Below, piece by piece: positions 29,301-40,134 of a stretch of 64,000 nucleotides of DNA (its first letter is position 1; each line of letters starts with the position of its first letter). The notes beneath the pieces were generated by a model. The model was given only the letters and a program-made list of their open reading frames with translations. It did not search any database and was not told where the DNA came from. The position numbers and the translations under genes were made by a program. Source of the DNA: Desulfomonilia bacterium (GTDB taxonomy: Bacteria; Desulfobacterota; Desulfomonilia; UBA1062); assembly GCA_963664325.2 (NCBI GenBank), contig CAXXDQ010000006.1:102815-166814 (forward strand), read 5' to 3'.

Positions 29301-31391
29301 TTACAGGCCGAATAAAGATGGCAGTGATTCGGGGCTGTCAACCGGCCTAAGGCAGGTATTGCCCGAGCAAACATACGCGGTCGTTTTTGAAGGTGATGCC
29401 TTCATATCTGAAATAAACGGGACGATGGCCCTGATTCTGGTAATGTCACTGTTTTCCGGAATGAACAGGATGCTTATATTGGGAATGTAAATCTGCCTCA
29501 GCGCTTCGATCATTAATGATGTATCAGCGCCGCCACGGCCGGCTACCAGGATTACCTCATAAGAAGGTCCGAGCATGAAATCAAGGGCAATAAGGAATTG
29601 TGTGAAAGCTGACGGATTTTCCCTTATCTGCCGGTAAAAAGCCCTTCCTGTCTTATTGGCCATGGCCTCGAGTCCGGGATTTCCGGTAAGCCTTGCCAGG
29701 CGGATGAGGTTAAGCGCTGCAACGGAGTTTCCTGAAGGCACGGCCCCGTCGTAAAGATCCTTTTTCCGAATCAGGAGTTCTTCCTCTTTATCGGAGGTAA
29801 AGAAAAAACCGCTGTTAATATTATCCGGGAAATGTCCTGTCATATATTTGTTCAGCCTGATGGCGGCTTCGAGATAGCCTGCGTCAAAGGTGGCCTCATA
29901 GAGCTCGATAAGCCCCCAGATGAAAAAGGCATAGTCGTCGAGGAATCCCGGAATGGCCCTGTGGCCGTCATAGTACCGGTGATACAGCCCTCCATCGTCA
30001 GTCCGCATTTCTTCAAGTATGAAATCGGCAGCCTTTTTTGCATATTCAGCATAGGAGTGGTTATTAAAGACTGACGCCCCTTTTGCGAGAGAAGCAATCA
30101 TGAGACCGTTTAAATCGGTCAGCATCTTATCGTCTCTTTGCGGGCGTATTCTCTTTTCACGGATTTGAAACAGTTTTTTCCTGGAAACCTCAAGGCTATC
30201 TCCGAGTGCGTTTGTATCTAATCCAGTCTCGACAGAGAGGTCGGGTAATGATTTTTTTAAATATAAAATATTTTTGAAGTTTGATTGATGGGGGCCGCTT
30301 TCGGCGTAATTGCCGTCAGGTTCGATACCATAAGCCTTTATCCAGAGGTCGGCCTCTTCCTCGTTGAGGGCTTCCCTGATCTCCTGTTCACTCCAGAGAT
30401 AGAACTTACCCTCGATACTTTCGCTGTCGGCATCTTCAGCCGAGAAGAAGCCTCCCGTTTCCGAGTGCATATCCCTGAGGACATAGGTGAAAATATCATT
30501 GGCGATATCCGCAAAGATAGACTCTCCAGATGCCTGGTATGTCTCTGCGGCTGCAAAAGCAATCAGCGCCTGGTCATAGAGCATCTTTTCAAAGTGCGGG
30601 ATAAGCCATTTCTCATCGGTAGAGTAGCGGTGAAAACCGAAGCCTACATGGTCATGAATACCGCCACGAAACATTGCCTTTAAAGTGTTTTTCACCATAT
30701 CAATGGCTTGCCTGTCATTAAAACGGCTGTAATATCTCAAGAGGAATATAAGCTGGTGAGGCGTAGGGAACTTTGGTGCAGGACTGAATCCTCCATATCT
30801 TTTATCATATCTGGCCTTAAGCTCGGCAAAGGCCTTTTGCAGGGTATCAATTCCCGGTTCTTCCCCTGTAGGGGTGTCAATTTTCTGCCTGAGCCAGTCT
30901 GTGATTTTATCTGCCGAGCTGAGGATATTGCTGCGTTCATTTTTCCAGAGGCCGTCTATTTTTTCAATAAGGTCGGCCATACCGGGATGACCGTAGGTAT
31001 TCTTTCTGGGGAAATATGTACCTGCAAAGAAGGGTTTTTTATCAGGGGTCATGATAATTGTTAAGGGCCATCCTCCGCTGCCGGTAAGTCCCTGGCAGAC
31101 TCTCATATAGATTCCGTCGATATCGGGCCTCTCTTCCCTGTCGACCTTTATATTGACAAAAACATCGTTCATTCGCCTTGCCGTTTCAACGTCTTCGAAA
31201 GACTCATGTGCCATGACATGGCACCAGTGGCAGGTGGAATAACCTATTGAAAGAAATACAGGCTTGTCTTCATTAATGGCTTTTGTGAAAGCCTCTTCAC
31301 CCCAGGGATACCAGTCCACCGGGTTTTGTGCATGCTGCAGCAGATAGGGACTCTTTTCATTGCTAAGCCGGTTCATCAGATATTTCTCCAA
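29301..31391 (-). CDS. YyaL/DUF255 thioredoxin-domain protein
   Basis: [45 protein letters not shown]. Confidence 0.95.
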   Translation of the reverse strand: MEKYLMNRLSNEKSPYLLQHAQNPVDWYPWGEEAFTKAINEDKPVFLSIGYSTCHWCHVMAHESFEDVETARRMNDVFVNIKVDREERPDIDGIYMRVCQGLTGSGGWPLTIIMTPDKKPFFAGTYFPRKNTYGHPGMADLIEKIDGLWKNERSNILSSADKITDWLRQKIDTPTGEEPGIDTLQKAFAELKARYDKRYGGFSPAPKFPTPHQLIFLLRYYSRFNDRQAIDMVKNTLKAMFRGGIHDHVGFGFHRYSTDEKWLIPHFEKMLYDQALIAFAAAETYQASGESIFADIANDIFTYVLRDMHSETGGFFSAEDADSESIEGKFYLWSEQEIREALNEEEADLWIKAYGIEPDGNYAESGPHQSNFKNILYLKKSLPDLSVETGLDTNALGDSLEVSRKKLFQIREKRIRPQRDDKMLTDLNGLMIASLAKGASVFNNHSYAEYAKKAADFILEEMRTDDGGLYHRYYDGHRAIPGFLDDYAFFIWGLIELYEATFDAGYLEAAIRLNKYMTGHFPDNINSGFFFTSDKEEELLIRKKDLYDGAVPSGNSVAALNLIRLARLTGNPGLEAMANKTGRAFYRQIRENPSAFTQFLIALDFMLGPSYEVILVAGRGGADTSLMIEALRQIYIPNISILFIPENSDITRIRAIVPFISDMKASPSKTTAYVCSGNTCLRPVDSPESLPSLFGL

Positions 31392-31688
31392 ACTGATTGA
31401 TATTCAATAGGGCCGGTGCTGTTTATTGTCAAACAAAGCCCGGAACTGCTGAGGGGAATCCGGTCATTTCATATATGATTTCCAACATTTTATTCTATGT
31501 CAAAAAAATTCTCTCATCCAGCCGCAATCCGCTTTAGAAATAATAAATAGGTTTTTGAAAGGTGACCGGTCGTTTAATGAGCCACGCTTGACAAACATCA
31601 ATAAAATGCTATTTATTTATTGCGTTACCCGGTTCTGTCTATAAAGTTATACAATCCCTAATTCGGAACTTATGTTGAGGAGGCTGCA

Positions 31689-33881
31689 ATGAAGAGACCG
31701 TTATCTATCCTTACCATGCTTATGGTCCTGTCACTGATGAGCGGATGTATCACATCCAAAACGCCGGAGACAAATGATGTTGATATTTTGTCGGGTTTGC
31801 AGGTGGAGTTCAGTGTTAAGGTTTTTCCGTCCGGCGGGACCTTTGCCTGGACCCTGGACGAGGTGCCCCTCTCAAATTCGGGAAAGTCATATATTTATAC
31901 GGCACAGAGCGGGGCTCACGACCTCACGGTCAAGGCGAAACATATCTTCGGTACTGATACACAGACATGGCATATTATAACCAACAGCCCGCCTGTCGCC
32001 CATACCGGACCTGACCAGACCGTTACCGAGGGTAGTGTTGTAACCCTGGATGCATCGAATTCAACCGATCCGGACAATGACATTGTCTCCTACGCCTGGG
32101 AGCAGACCGGCGGCAGCAAACAGGTCGACTTGTCGAACCCCAATTCAGTCACGACCACCTTCCTAGCCCCGGACGTTGACTATAACGGTGACGCCTTGAC
32201 CTTCAAGCTTACCGTAACTGATGCAAACGGACTGACGTCCACTGCAACATGCATAGTCAACGTTACCGGGATAAACGATCCGCCCACAGCCGTCGCCGGA
32301 CCTGACCAGACCGTACCCGAGGGCACATCCGTGACCCTGGATGGATCAGGCTCGATAGACTGGGACGACGGGATTGCCCGGTATGAGTGGAGGCAGTTGA
32401 GCGGGCCCGCTGTTGTATTAACTAATGCCGATAACATGATAGCCACCTTCATGACACCGGATGTGGGTCCCGGCGGTGCCGCACTCACCTTTGAACTGAC
32501 CGTTACCGATAAAGGCGGACTTAAATCCGCCGCGCAGTGCATCGTCAATGTCACCTGGGTAAATGAACCTCCCACAGCCGTTGCCGGGCCGGACCAGAAT
32601 GCTGCAGAGGGTGTCGTTGTAACCCTGGACGCATCCGGTTCAACCGACCCGGACGGCAACATAGTCTCCTATTCCTGGCAGCAGACTGATGGTCCTGCGG
32701 TCACACTCTCCAATGCGGCCGCCGTACAGCCGAGATTTACGTCACCCAATGTCGGGCCGGCAGGGGCTACCCTTGTCTTTAAACTGACTGTAACAGACGA
32801 TGGCGGACTAATGGCGAGCGATAATTGTATAGTGACCATATACCGGAGTTCCAAGCGCCTGACCGGAGATATACTTTATACCGCCTATGCGGGGATTGGA
32901 TACGGCCGTGTAGATTCTCCTTCCGATGATGAAGTCCTCTACAATATCATGCTGGACGACCTGAATACCGTCGCCGGAGATTTTGTTCTAAACACGATCT
33001 TTAATGATCCCAATGTGCTGAACAAGCTGTTATTCCGGGTCCTATTGGGGCTTACAACCACATTTAATTACACCACTGATTCCGGGGTTGTCAGCAGCCT
33101 CTTTTTTGATCCGGGGGCCATGGTAAACGGTTACCGGTCCTTTGCAGCCGATTTGTCTGTCAATTTCAACGCCACGGGATATGAGTGGGAAACCTGCCAG
33201 TACTATGGCGACGGAGGAGGAGTGGACCTCACAGCCCATGTAACCGGTTACTTTAAGGCCACATCAGCCGGTCTAACTGAATTATACCTGCACTCTGTAT
33301 CGATCCAGGCCTTGAATACCCTGAAAGCCGTATATCCAACGGGACAGGTAACATACAACCAGTGGAATATATCATATCCGGTCTACTACGGAGAAGTCGA
33401 TCCGACCTATGCCTCGGGCGGGTCCACCATCCCTGTGAATGCCAGAATCCTTCCAGTTCTCATCTCAGAACCCGTATCGACCCTCGATTTCAGGGATTAT
33501 ACTTTGAGCGGGGGTTTTGTTTTCAAAGGCAATGCCTATTCATTGCCTCAGGGCGGTATCCGCTACCGCCAGTGGCAGTATGACTATCTGGAGAACGGTG
33601 TAACAGTGTCCAGAACGCTGCTGTCTCTGAGCGGAAAGCTCATGGTTCCGGGCCTGTCGGGTGTGATCACCGTCTCCACACCAGAGGATACAGTCAATCC
33701 TGTAGGCAGCAAGACGATCATCATCAATTCCTTAGGAACCTGGATCTCCGGCCTGATGAATCTCTCAGGTGTCACCACGGCTTCACAGGTGATTTTCAAC
33801 AGCAGCGGCTCGTGCACTTTCTCAGGAGGGGATCAGGGAACTTGGTCTGTTTCCGGGTGGCAGAACAGTCTGGAACCATAA
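31689..33881 (+). CDS. lipoprotein: conserved N-domain + 3 PKD-like domains + unique C-domain
   Basis: Lipobox MSGC; N-domain paralogous to the 21985 gene; three PxAxxGPDQ...LDxSxS.D repeats. Confidence 0.85.
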   Translation: MKRPLSILTMLMVLSLMSGCITSKTPETNDVDILSGLQVEFSVKVFPSGGTFAWTLDEVPLSNSGKSYIYTAQSGAHDLTVKAKHIFGTDTQTWHIITNSPPVAHTGPDQTVTEGSVVTLDASNSTDPDNDIVSYAWEQTGGSKQVDLSNPNSVTTTFLAPDVDYNGDALTFKLTVTDANGLTSTATCIVNVTGINDPPTAVAGPDQTVPEGTSVTLDGSGSIDWDDGIARYEWRQLSGPAVVLTNADNMIATFMTPDVGPGGAALTFELTVTDKGGLKSAAQCIVNVTWVNEPPTAVAGPDQNAAEGVVVTLDASGSTDPDGNIVSYSWQQTDGPAVTLSNAAAVQPRFTSPNVGPAGATLVFKLTVTDDGGLMASDNCIVTIYRSSKRLTGDILYTAYAGIGYGRVDSPSDDEVLYNIMLDDLNTVAGDFVLNTIFNDPNVLNKLLFRVLLGLTTTFNYTTDSGVVSSLFFDPGAMVNGYRSFAADLSVNFNATGYEWETCQYYGDGGGVDLTAHVTGYFKATSAGLTELYLHSVSIQALNTLKAVYPTGQVTYNQWNISYPVYYGEVDPTYASGGSTIPVNARILPVLISEPVSTLDFRDYTLSGGFVFKGNAYSLPQGGIRYRQWQYDYLENGVTVSRTLLSLSGKLMVPGLSGVITVSTPEDTVNPVGSKTIIINSLGTWISGLMNLSGVTTASQVIFNSSGSCTFSGGDQGTWSVSGWQNSLEP

Positions 33882-33900
33882 AATTCTATTCTAAGAACTG

Positions 33901-33939
33901 CACGGCCAAAGACTTCAGTCTTGGCCGTGTTCGCTTTTT
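33901..33939 (+). terminator. intrinsic terminator-like hairpin
   Basis: CACGGCCAA-AGAC-TTCA-GTC-TTGGCCGTG followed by TTCGCTTTTT. Confidence 0.6.
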
Positions 33940-34076
33940 AAATCGCAAGCGGATCATAGCAATATATCAGCTGGCCAACGATCCGGCCCCCATGTTCCTG
34001 AATAGGCCCCTAAGAAAAGCAACGGCAATAGCTATCCGACGGTGACATTGTGTGGTGATGAAATATAAATTCTCAG

Positions 34077-35057
34077 CTACAAAAAGCCGTTTTCCTTATA
34101 CCAGTCATAGGCATCATCGATCATTTGACTGAGCGGTAAGCATTTAAAGCCCAGTTCCCTTTCGGCTTTTGTTGAGTCATATTTAGGGAAGACCGACATG
34201 TATCTTGCCTGTCCGGGATTGAGATCGGGCGGCTTGTTTGTAAAACCTGAAATGAACTCCATCAGGTAGCCATAGGCCACAGTCATCCATGGTGTCATGG
34301 TGAAGGCTGGCGGTTTGGCGCCCATCTTGGCGGCAATAAGGGAAAACACTGTCTTGTAGGTTTCGTTTACACCGCCGCATATATACCTCTCACCCCTCCT
34401 GCCTTTTTCAGCTGCAGCGATATGCGCCCTGGCCACTTCGTCTACATGCGCCCAGGGTGCGCCTCCGGGAAGAAAACCCGGGACCTTGCCATCGCGCAGA
34501 TCGGCAAAAAGCCTGCCAAACTGCAGGGTGAAATCATAGGCCCCGATCATGCTGCCGGGGTTTATGATAACGGCGTCAAGGCCTTTGCCTACGTAATATT
34601 TGACAAGTCTCTCGCCGACCCGTTTCGTATCAGCATAGTTGTATCCTGTATCCGCATAGTTGTAAGTGCCCCAGTTTTCATCGGCCAGGCCGTTCGGATT
34701 AAAGCCCAGGACATCAACCGTGCTTGTATGAACCATGCGCCTCACACCTTTTTTAAGGCAGGCCTCCGCAACATTCGAAGGTCCCTCGATATTGATTCTG
34801 CGCTGTCTTTCAAAAAGCTTTTTCCAGAATGATGTATCTCCTGCGACATTGAAAACAATCTCAGCACCCGTGACGGCTTTTTCAACATCGGGAGCATGTG
34901 TTACATCGCCGAAGGCAATCTCGATAGGCAGCGTTTCAATATATTTTATATTTGATCCCGGCAGACCGAAAGCGCTCACTTCATATCCTGCCTTGACAAG
35001 CTCATGAACGAGGTTTGCTCCCAGAAAACCTGTCGCTCCTATGACTGCACATTTCAT
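34077..35057 (-). CDS. extended SDR (dihydroflavonol reductase/HpnA-like)
   Basis: GATGFLG, HTST, YADTK, GERYI. Confidence 0.85.
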   Translation of the reverse strand: MKCAVIGATGFLGANLVHELVKAGYEVSAFGLPGSNIKYIETLPIEIAFGDVTHAPDVEKAVTGAEIVFNVAGDTSFWKKLFERQRRINIEGPSNVAEACLKKGVRRMVHTSTVDVLGFNPNGLADENWGTYNYADTGYNYADTKRVGERLVKYYVGKGLDAVIINPGSMIGAYDFTLQFGRLFADLRDGKVPGFLPGGAPWAHVDEVARAHIAAAEKGRRGERYICGGVNETYKTVFSLIAAKMGAKPPAFTMTPWMTVAYGYLMEFISGFTNKPPDLNPGQARYMSVFPKYDSTKAERELGFKCLPLSQMIDDAYDWYKENGFL

Positions 35058-35061
35058 GGTG

Positions 35062-35895
35062 TCAGCTCGCCTTTTTCTGTACTTTCTTTATCTGAGAGCT
35101 CATGACCATATCGACAAGCCAGGGGGCATATCTTTTCATGATATAGACGAGCTTGCCGTCAAATCCGGGTATCACAAGGAAAGAGCCTTTCTTCATCCCG
35201 CTGATCATTTCAGCCGCTACATCTCCTGGTGTCATAATGCCGCCGCCTTCTGATACTGCAACCGTTTCGGGAGGTTTTGTGGTGTTTTCGACCTTGAAGC
35301 CCGGTGTGTCGGTATCGGGCGGACACAGGACAGTAACACCGATATCAAATCTTCTAAGTTCACTTTTAAGGGCTTCCGAGAAACCCAAGACTGCAAACTT
35401 GGAAGCGGCGTAATCCGTATATCCGAACACGCCGAGAAATCCGACCATTGATGAGACGTTGACGATATAACCTCTATTTTTTTTCAGATAGGGAAGAAGC
35501 GACTTGATGGTATGCCATTGGCCGGTGAAGTTGATTGCTATCGTCTCATCAAGCTGCTCATCCGATACGTCTTCAAAATAATGGGGATAAGCCCTTCCTG
35601 CGCAGTTTATAAGTATATCCGGTTCCCCGAAGTTTTTTACCGCCGAAGCCATGACGGTTCTGATATCGTCTTTATTTGATATATCAAGCTTAAGCCATGT
35701 GATCTTCTGGCTCTCTGATACCTTTGAGGCGTCAATCTCGATGGTGGCCTTTTCAAGTCCCGTTATGTTCCTGGCAAATATGATGACGTCCGAACCCATT
35801 TTTGCGAACAGTCTGCCTGCTGCCAGGCCTATGCCGCTTGATCCTCCCACCAGATAAACACGTTTCGCCTTGAATTCCCTGCATTTTAAAGGCAT
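35062..35895 (-). CDS. SDR oxidoreductase, 3-ketodihydrosphingosine reductase (KDSR/TSC10)-like
   Basis: GGSSGIG, NCAG, FGYTDYAASKFA, PPDTDTPGF..EN..KP.ET. Confidence 0.75.
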   Translation of the reverse strand: MPLKCREFKAKRVYLVGGSSGIGLAAGRLFAKMGSDVIIFARNITGLEKATIEIDASKVSESQKITWLKLDISNKDDIRTVMASAVKNFGEPDILINCAGRAYPHYFEDVSDEQLDETIAINFTGQWHTIKSLLPYLKKNRGYIVNVSSMVGFLGVFGYTDYAASKFAVLGFSEALKSELRRFDIGVTVLCPPDTDTPGFKVENTTKPPETVAVSEGGGIMTPGDVAAEMISGMKKGSFLVIPGFDGKLVYIMKRYAPWLVDMVMSSQIKKVQKKAS

Positions 35896-36043
35896 GAACC
35901 CCTCCTCGTTTACAGAACTTTTAATAAAGGAAATTTATTATTCCAATCTTTATGTAAGTTCAAGATATTTGCAAGAAAATGTTACAGGGAAATCGGTCAT
36001 CCTGCCTCAGGTGAATCTTCCTGAGACAGGATGCTTTAAAGGA

Positions 36044-37342
36044 TCAATCTTTATCGTACTCTCCCGGGGATACTGAATCTTCCGGCACTTCAGATTCAAT
36101 GGACCGGTTGATGCCGCGCGAAAGAATTGCAGCAATTGCGAACAGTATGGCCATTGCTATGAAAAGGATGAGAATAATCGTAGTAAGCCATCTCTGTCCT
36201 TCCTTTTCTATCTTCTTTTGAGAAAGAAGGGCCTGTTCATGGAACTTGTCCACATCGACCCCCATGCCTACCCAGCCAAATCCTGCTGGCTTAGGGAATT
36301 CCTGGGAATAGAAGGGAACCGGCGCATATGCCACAACCTTTGTATGACCGTCAAAGGTATAGGTTTTTATGCCGGATTTTCCGTTTTCAGCTTCCTTCTC
36401 TATCTCCGGAAGCATGGGTTCGATTCCGCCAAGGTCTTTAAAGTTGATTACCTCTTCACCTTTCTTTTTCATTTCCTGATAATTTGAAGAGTTTATTTGC
36501 GGAACACTTGTTCCGTCCTTGTAAAGCCCGGCAATGAAATAATCGTTCGGGTGAGCTATAACAAAGCCTCTGTTATCCACCAGGTAAGCATAGTTGCCGG
36601 TGCTGGCGTCGGCTTTGATCACATATGTGGATTCTGTCGGGACAATGTTATCTGTAAACTTGGCAAGGTGTTTCACATCCAAGGCAAGTGTAAGTACGCC
36701 TGAGAAACCCTGTTTGTCGAACACAGGAGTTGCCATCCTGATTATACCCTCAAACCGTTTACCGCTATCGAATTCATCTTTGTTGATATACCACCCGGTT
36801 ACCGGGGAAAAATATACTTCTCCCTTGTTAAGAGCTTTTGCCTTTGAAAAATAATCCTCTGATTTATAAGTTGTGTTTAATGGATTACCTACATTGACAA
36901 GTTCATCAGCGCCGAGGGTTTTGCCGTCCTTTATCTTGACGGTCTCCTGGCCTGACTTGTCTGTCAGGGACATTTCAACATACAAAGGCAAGGCTTCCTT
37001 CATGATTACCCCGTCTTTTTTTACCCACAGTTCCTGAGTTTTTGTCTTTAAAAAAGAACTGTAAGTTTCCGCATTTGCGGGAAAGATGGTTGCAATCAGG
37101 ATATCCTTCTGGCGCTCGCTTAAAAAACCGGCAATGTTTTGTGAAAGGTCGATTGCACGGGTGAGTATTTCATTTTTTGATTTTTGATCAAGGGATGTTG
37201 CAGTGTCAGATTTGGATATGCCTCCAAATTTGAAAATACTGAATGCGATTAGCGATGAAACAAGCAATAAGGGGATTACGACAAGCAGGAAAAACAGCCT
37301 TGCAATTGTAAAAATACGAGGTTTACTATTGGATTCAGGCAT
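36044..37342 (-). CDS. two-TM periplasmic Cache-domain protein with no cytoplasmic output domain
   Basis: TM helix, IRMATPVF, YAYLVD..G..IAHP, AYAPV, W..G.GV, second TM helix, ~25-aa tail. Confidence 0.8.
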   Translation of the reverse strand: MPESNSKPRIFTIARLFFLLVVIPLLLVSSLIAFSIFKFGGISKSDTATSLDQKSKNEILTRAIDLSQNIAGFLSERQKDILIATIFPANAETYSSFLKTKTQELWVKKDGVIMKEALPLYVEMSLTDKSGQETVKIKDGKTLGADELVNVGNPLNTTYKSEDYFSKAKALNKGEVYFSPVTGWYINKDEFDSGKRFEGIIRMATPVFDKQGFSGVLTLALDVKHLAKFTDNIVPTESTYVIKADASTGNYAYLVDNRGFVIAHPNDYFIAGLYKDGTSVPQINSSNYQEMKKKGEEVINFKDLGGIEPMLPEIEKEAENGKSGIKTYTFDGHTKVVAYAPVPFYSQEFPKPAGFGWVGMGVDVDKFHEQALLSQKKIEKEGQRWLTTIILILFIAMAILFAIAAILSRGINRSIESEVPEDSVSPGEYDKD

Positions 37343-37397
37343 TTTTTCCCCCTTATTATTTTTTGTTTTGTGCTGTTAAATTCATCCCGGACCAAGT

Positions 37398-37772
37398 TTA
37401 ACCAAGTATAAAAGTCTTAAATGGATTCGCAAACAGAAGAATGAATGAAATAACCAGCGAATAGATACATACCGATTCAGCAAGGGCCATACCGACCATC
37501 ATTGTCATAATAATTTTCGGCTGAACCGAAGGGTTACGGCCAACTGCTTCACAAGCGCTGCCTGTCGCACTGCCGATTCCTGCACCAGAACCTATGCAGC
37601 CAAGTCCGATTGCCAAGCCTGCACCAATCATTGCTCCGACCGAAAATATTACCTTCGTATACGGGGCCTGGGTGTTGATAACATCAGCTGCAAAAGCGGA
37701 AGATGAGCCCAATAGCCAGAGCACGGCTATTGCAAAAAACGAAAACATAATTTTTTTTGTATTGCTTGTCAT
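37398..37772 (-). CDS. atpE: orphan ATP synthase F0 c-subunit with a signal-peptide-like N-extension
   Basis: GLAIGLG.IGSGAGIG, GRNP loop, ALAESVCIY (essential Glu), LLFANP; RBS AGGAG. Confidence 0.9.
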   Translation of the reverse strand: MTSNTKKIMFSFFAIAVLWLLGSSSAFAADVINTQAPYTKVIFSVGAMIGAGLAIGLGCIGSGAGIGSATGSACEAVGRNPSVQPKIIMTMMVGMALAESVCIYSLVISFILLFANPFKTFILG

Positions 37773-37849
37773 GATCATTCTCCTTTCTCTCATTTCTTGA
37801 TTTTTTTATTGCCAATATGAGTGAGGCCTCAATTTTTCATAACAAACAG

Positions 37850-37865
37850 AGCAACCCGCATGCCA
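37850..37865 (-). promoter_or_regulatory. sigma54 promoter of the atpE-Cache operon
   Basis: TGGCAT-GCGGG-TTGCT on the minus strand. Confidence 0.7.
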
Positions 37866-37931
37866 GATTTTAAAGATAATAATAAATGAGGTTTAACTGT
37901 ATGATAATACGGCTAAATGGATATTTCAAGA

Positions 37932-38003
37932 AATGATTTAACATCTTGATTAATCGTGATTTGTTTTAACAAATCGTTAAATACTTGTTTTAATGATTTA
38001 ACA
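37932..38003. promoter_or_regulatory. candidate upstream activator (bEBP) sites
   Basis: Direct repeat AATGATTTAACA at 37932 and 37992, flanking the palindrome TTTAAC-AAATC-GTTAAA (37965-37981). Confidence 0.45.
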
Positions 38004-38208
38004 AAAAGTACACCGGGTTTGTAATTTAACGTAAATAACACCACCTCAATGGAGCAGCGTTTAATTTGTACTCCCAGCGGTTGGTTTATTCAGGCATAAC
38101 AATCAGATTTATATAATCAATATCGGACAACTTCCTGTTGATTAGTAGATTCTGTTAATATAAAATGTTTTAAATCATCAATCAAAGAGAATAATACTAG
38201 GGGGAAAT

Positions 38209-38700
38209 ATGATCTACATGAAAGTTTTGGATCAGATTAAAAGTAACATAAACGATCTTTCAAAGCGTGTTGTAAAAGATTTTTTGAACAGAGAGGAAAC
38301 AAAGAGCTACAGGAAATTCACAGAAGAATTTCATCTCGAACGTGTGAAGGATATATATAATGACCTGATTATGTGGCTTGAGAAAGAGAAGCCCAAAGCC
38401 AATATGGAAAAATTCTACAGAGAGCTGGGCAAGAAACGTTTTGAGGCAGGAATTCCGCTTCATGAAACCATTATGTACCTGATGCTGATTAAAAGGCACA
38501 TCTGGCTGTTTGTTCTGGAAAACCATCTCCTTGATACAACTTATGAAAGCACAAAAGCACTTGAGCTGAACAACAGAATCGTCCTGTTTTTCGACAGGGC
38601 GATCATCAATGTAACACACGGTTATGAGGAAGAACTCGCAAAGCAAATGAAAGACGCCGGACATGGCGGATTGCTCCGCAGTCTGCTGAAAAAGAGTTAA
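38209..38700 (+). CDS. hypothetical helical protein (RsbRD N-terminal/globin-like)
   Basis: LG..RF..GIPL.E....L.L.KR.IW and FFDRAI...GY patterns. Confidence 0.65.
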   Translation: MIYMKVLDQIKSNINDLSKRVVKDFLNREETKSYRKFTEEFHLERVKDIYNDLIMWLEKEKPKANMEKFYRELGKKRFEAGIPLHETIMYLMLIKRHIWLFVLENHLLDTTYESTKALELNNRIVLFFDRAIINVTHGYEEELAKQMKDAGHGGLLRSLLKKS

Positions 38701-38702
38701 AC

Positions 38703-39149
38703 CTAAAGAGAGAACTTAACCCCGATCTTGAATATACGCCTTGCGGGAAGCTCAATAACACTTATCCCGCAGGCGTCTTCGATTTCTGATATTATCCTGA
38801 GCGCGTTAATTCTGTCCGGTGCGATAATTGTAAACCAGCAGTTTGGCGTCCCTGTTCGTTCATAATTGTGGGTGACTTCCGGGTAACTGTTTATGGTCTT
38901 TGAAAAGAATTCAAGCCTGTCCTGCGGTACATCGGCTGTGCATAGGGTTGAAAACCATCCTATTTTGCGGGGATCAATCGTAGCGCCTATCCTGCGAATC
39001 AATCCATTTTCTCTGTGTTTCTTGACCCTCTTTATTACGTCATTTTCATCAAGATCCAGTTCTCTGGCAATCGTCGAAAACGGTTTCACATCCAAGGGGA
39101 AATGACTGCTGATCAATCCTATAATCTGTCTGTCTTTACTGTCCATCAT
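38703..39149 (-). CDS. ahbA: siroheme decarboxylase alpha subunit (Lrp/AsnC-like)
   Basis: FPLDVKPF, IRRIGA, STLC, VTHNYER, NCWFT; follows ahbD. Confidence 0.8.
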   Translation of the reverse strand: MMDSKDRQIIGLISSHFPLDVKPFSTIARELDLDENDVIKRVKKHRENGLIRRIGATIDPRKIGWFSTLCTADVPQDRLEFFSKTINSYPEVTHNYERTGTPNCWFTIIAPDRINALRIISEIEDACGISVIELPARRIFKIGVKFSL

Positions 39150-40134
39150 CAAACCAGCATATAGGGTCTGTTGCATTGATGTCCCCCTGTTATTTCATAA
39201 GCCCTTGCCCTGCAGCCTCCGCAAATATTTTTATGCTTGCAGTCACCGCATTTTCCCTTCAAGAAGGCATGAGTCCCTCAACTTTACAAGGACACCGGAT
39301 TCCCTCCAGATATCTGAGAAACGCCTTTTTTTTTACATTACCGCATTTAATGTCAAGGAAACCGCATGGCTGCACATCTCCTGTCGATGATACAAAACCG
39401 AAGGCGTCTCCTGCAAGGCACCCTTTTGTAACGGGTTTCATGCCTGATTCTTTCATCATCCTGTAGAACTGCGGGGCGCAAGTGGCTTTGCATTCGATTT
39501 CGCCTGAATTATAAACATCCAGAAAGCCGGTGAGCATGGATTTATATTCCTGGACTGCTGCAGGTTCCATATCATGCCCCCTGCCTGTAGGGACCAGGAA
39601 AAAAACATGCCAGGCGACTGCACCGAGTTTCTTGATAAAATCAGGGAACATCTGCATCTGTGAAACATTTACAGCGGCCACCGTGGTGTTGATCTGTACA
39701 GCCATACCTGCGGATCTCAGATTGTCCACGCCCCTTAATGCCATGTCGAAAGCGCCCGGCCTGCCCCTGAAGTTGTCATGGATAAGAGGGGAGATTCCAT
39801 CAAGGCTTATAGATACACGCGAAATGCCGGAGTCTTTTATTTCCCTGGCGATCTCATTACTTACCATCGATCCGTTTGTTGCAAGCGTCATACGGAGACC
39901 GAGCGACGTTCCAAACCCGGCAAGATAGAGGGCATCATTCCGGATAAGTGCTTCCCCTCCGGAAAGGATCACCATCTTTGTACCGAGGGCGGATAATTCT
40001 TTCAGAAGGCCTTTTCCCTCTTCTGTAGTGAGTTCATTGATATCTCTATCGGGTGATGCCTTTGCCCGGCAGTGCAGGCAATTAAGGTTGCATGCCTTTG
40101 TCAGTTCCCAGGCAAGTATGAGCGGCGCGTTCAT
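39136..40134 (-). pseudogene. ahbD: radical SAM/SPASM heme b synthase, frameshifted at an A9 run (39326-39334)
   Basis: AWELTKACNLNCLHCRA, KATCAPQFYR; removing one A restores FSDIW...GKCGDC...[12 protein letters not shown]...DPIC up to stop 39136. Confidence 0.8.

Noticed and set aside
21985-33881. Diversity-generating retroelement acting on the lipoproteins
   Set aside because: No reverse transcriptase or TR/VR pair; differences between repeats are not adenine-specific
21700-34000. Genomic island integrated at the ssrA 3' end
   Set aside because: No integrase, and I found no duplicated tmRNA 3' end (att site); the core gene mnmA lies within the block
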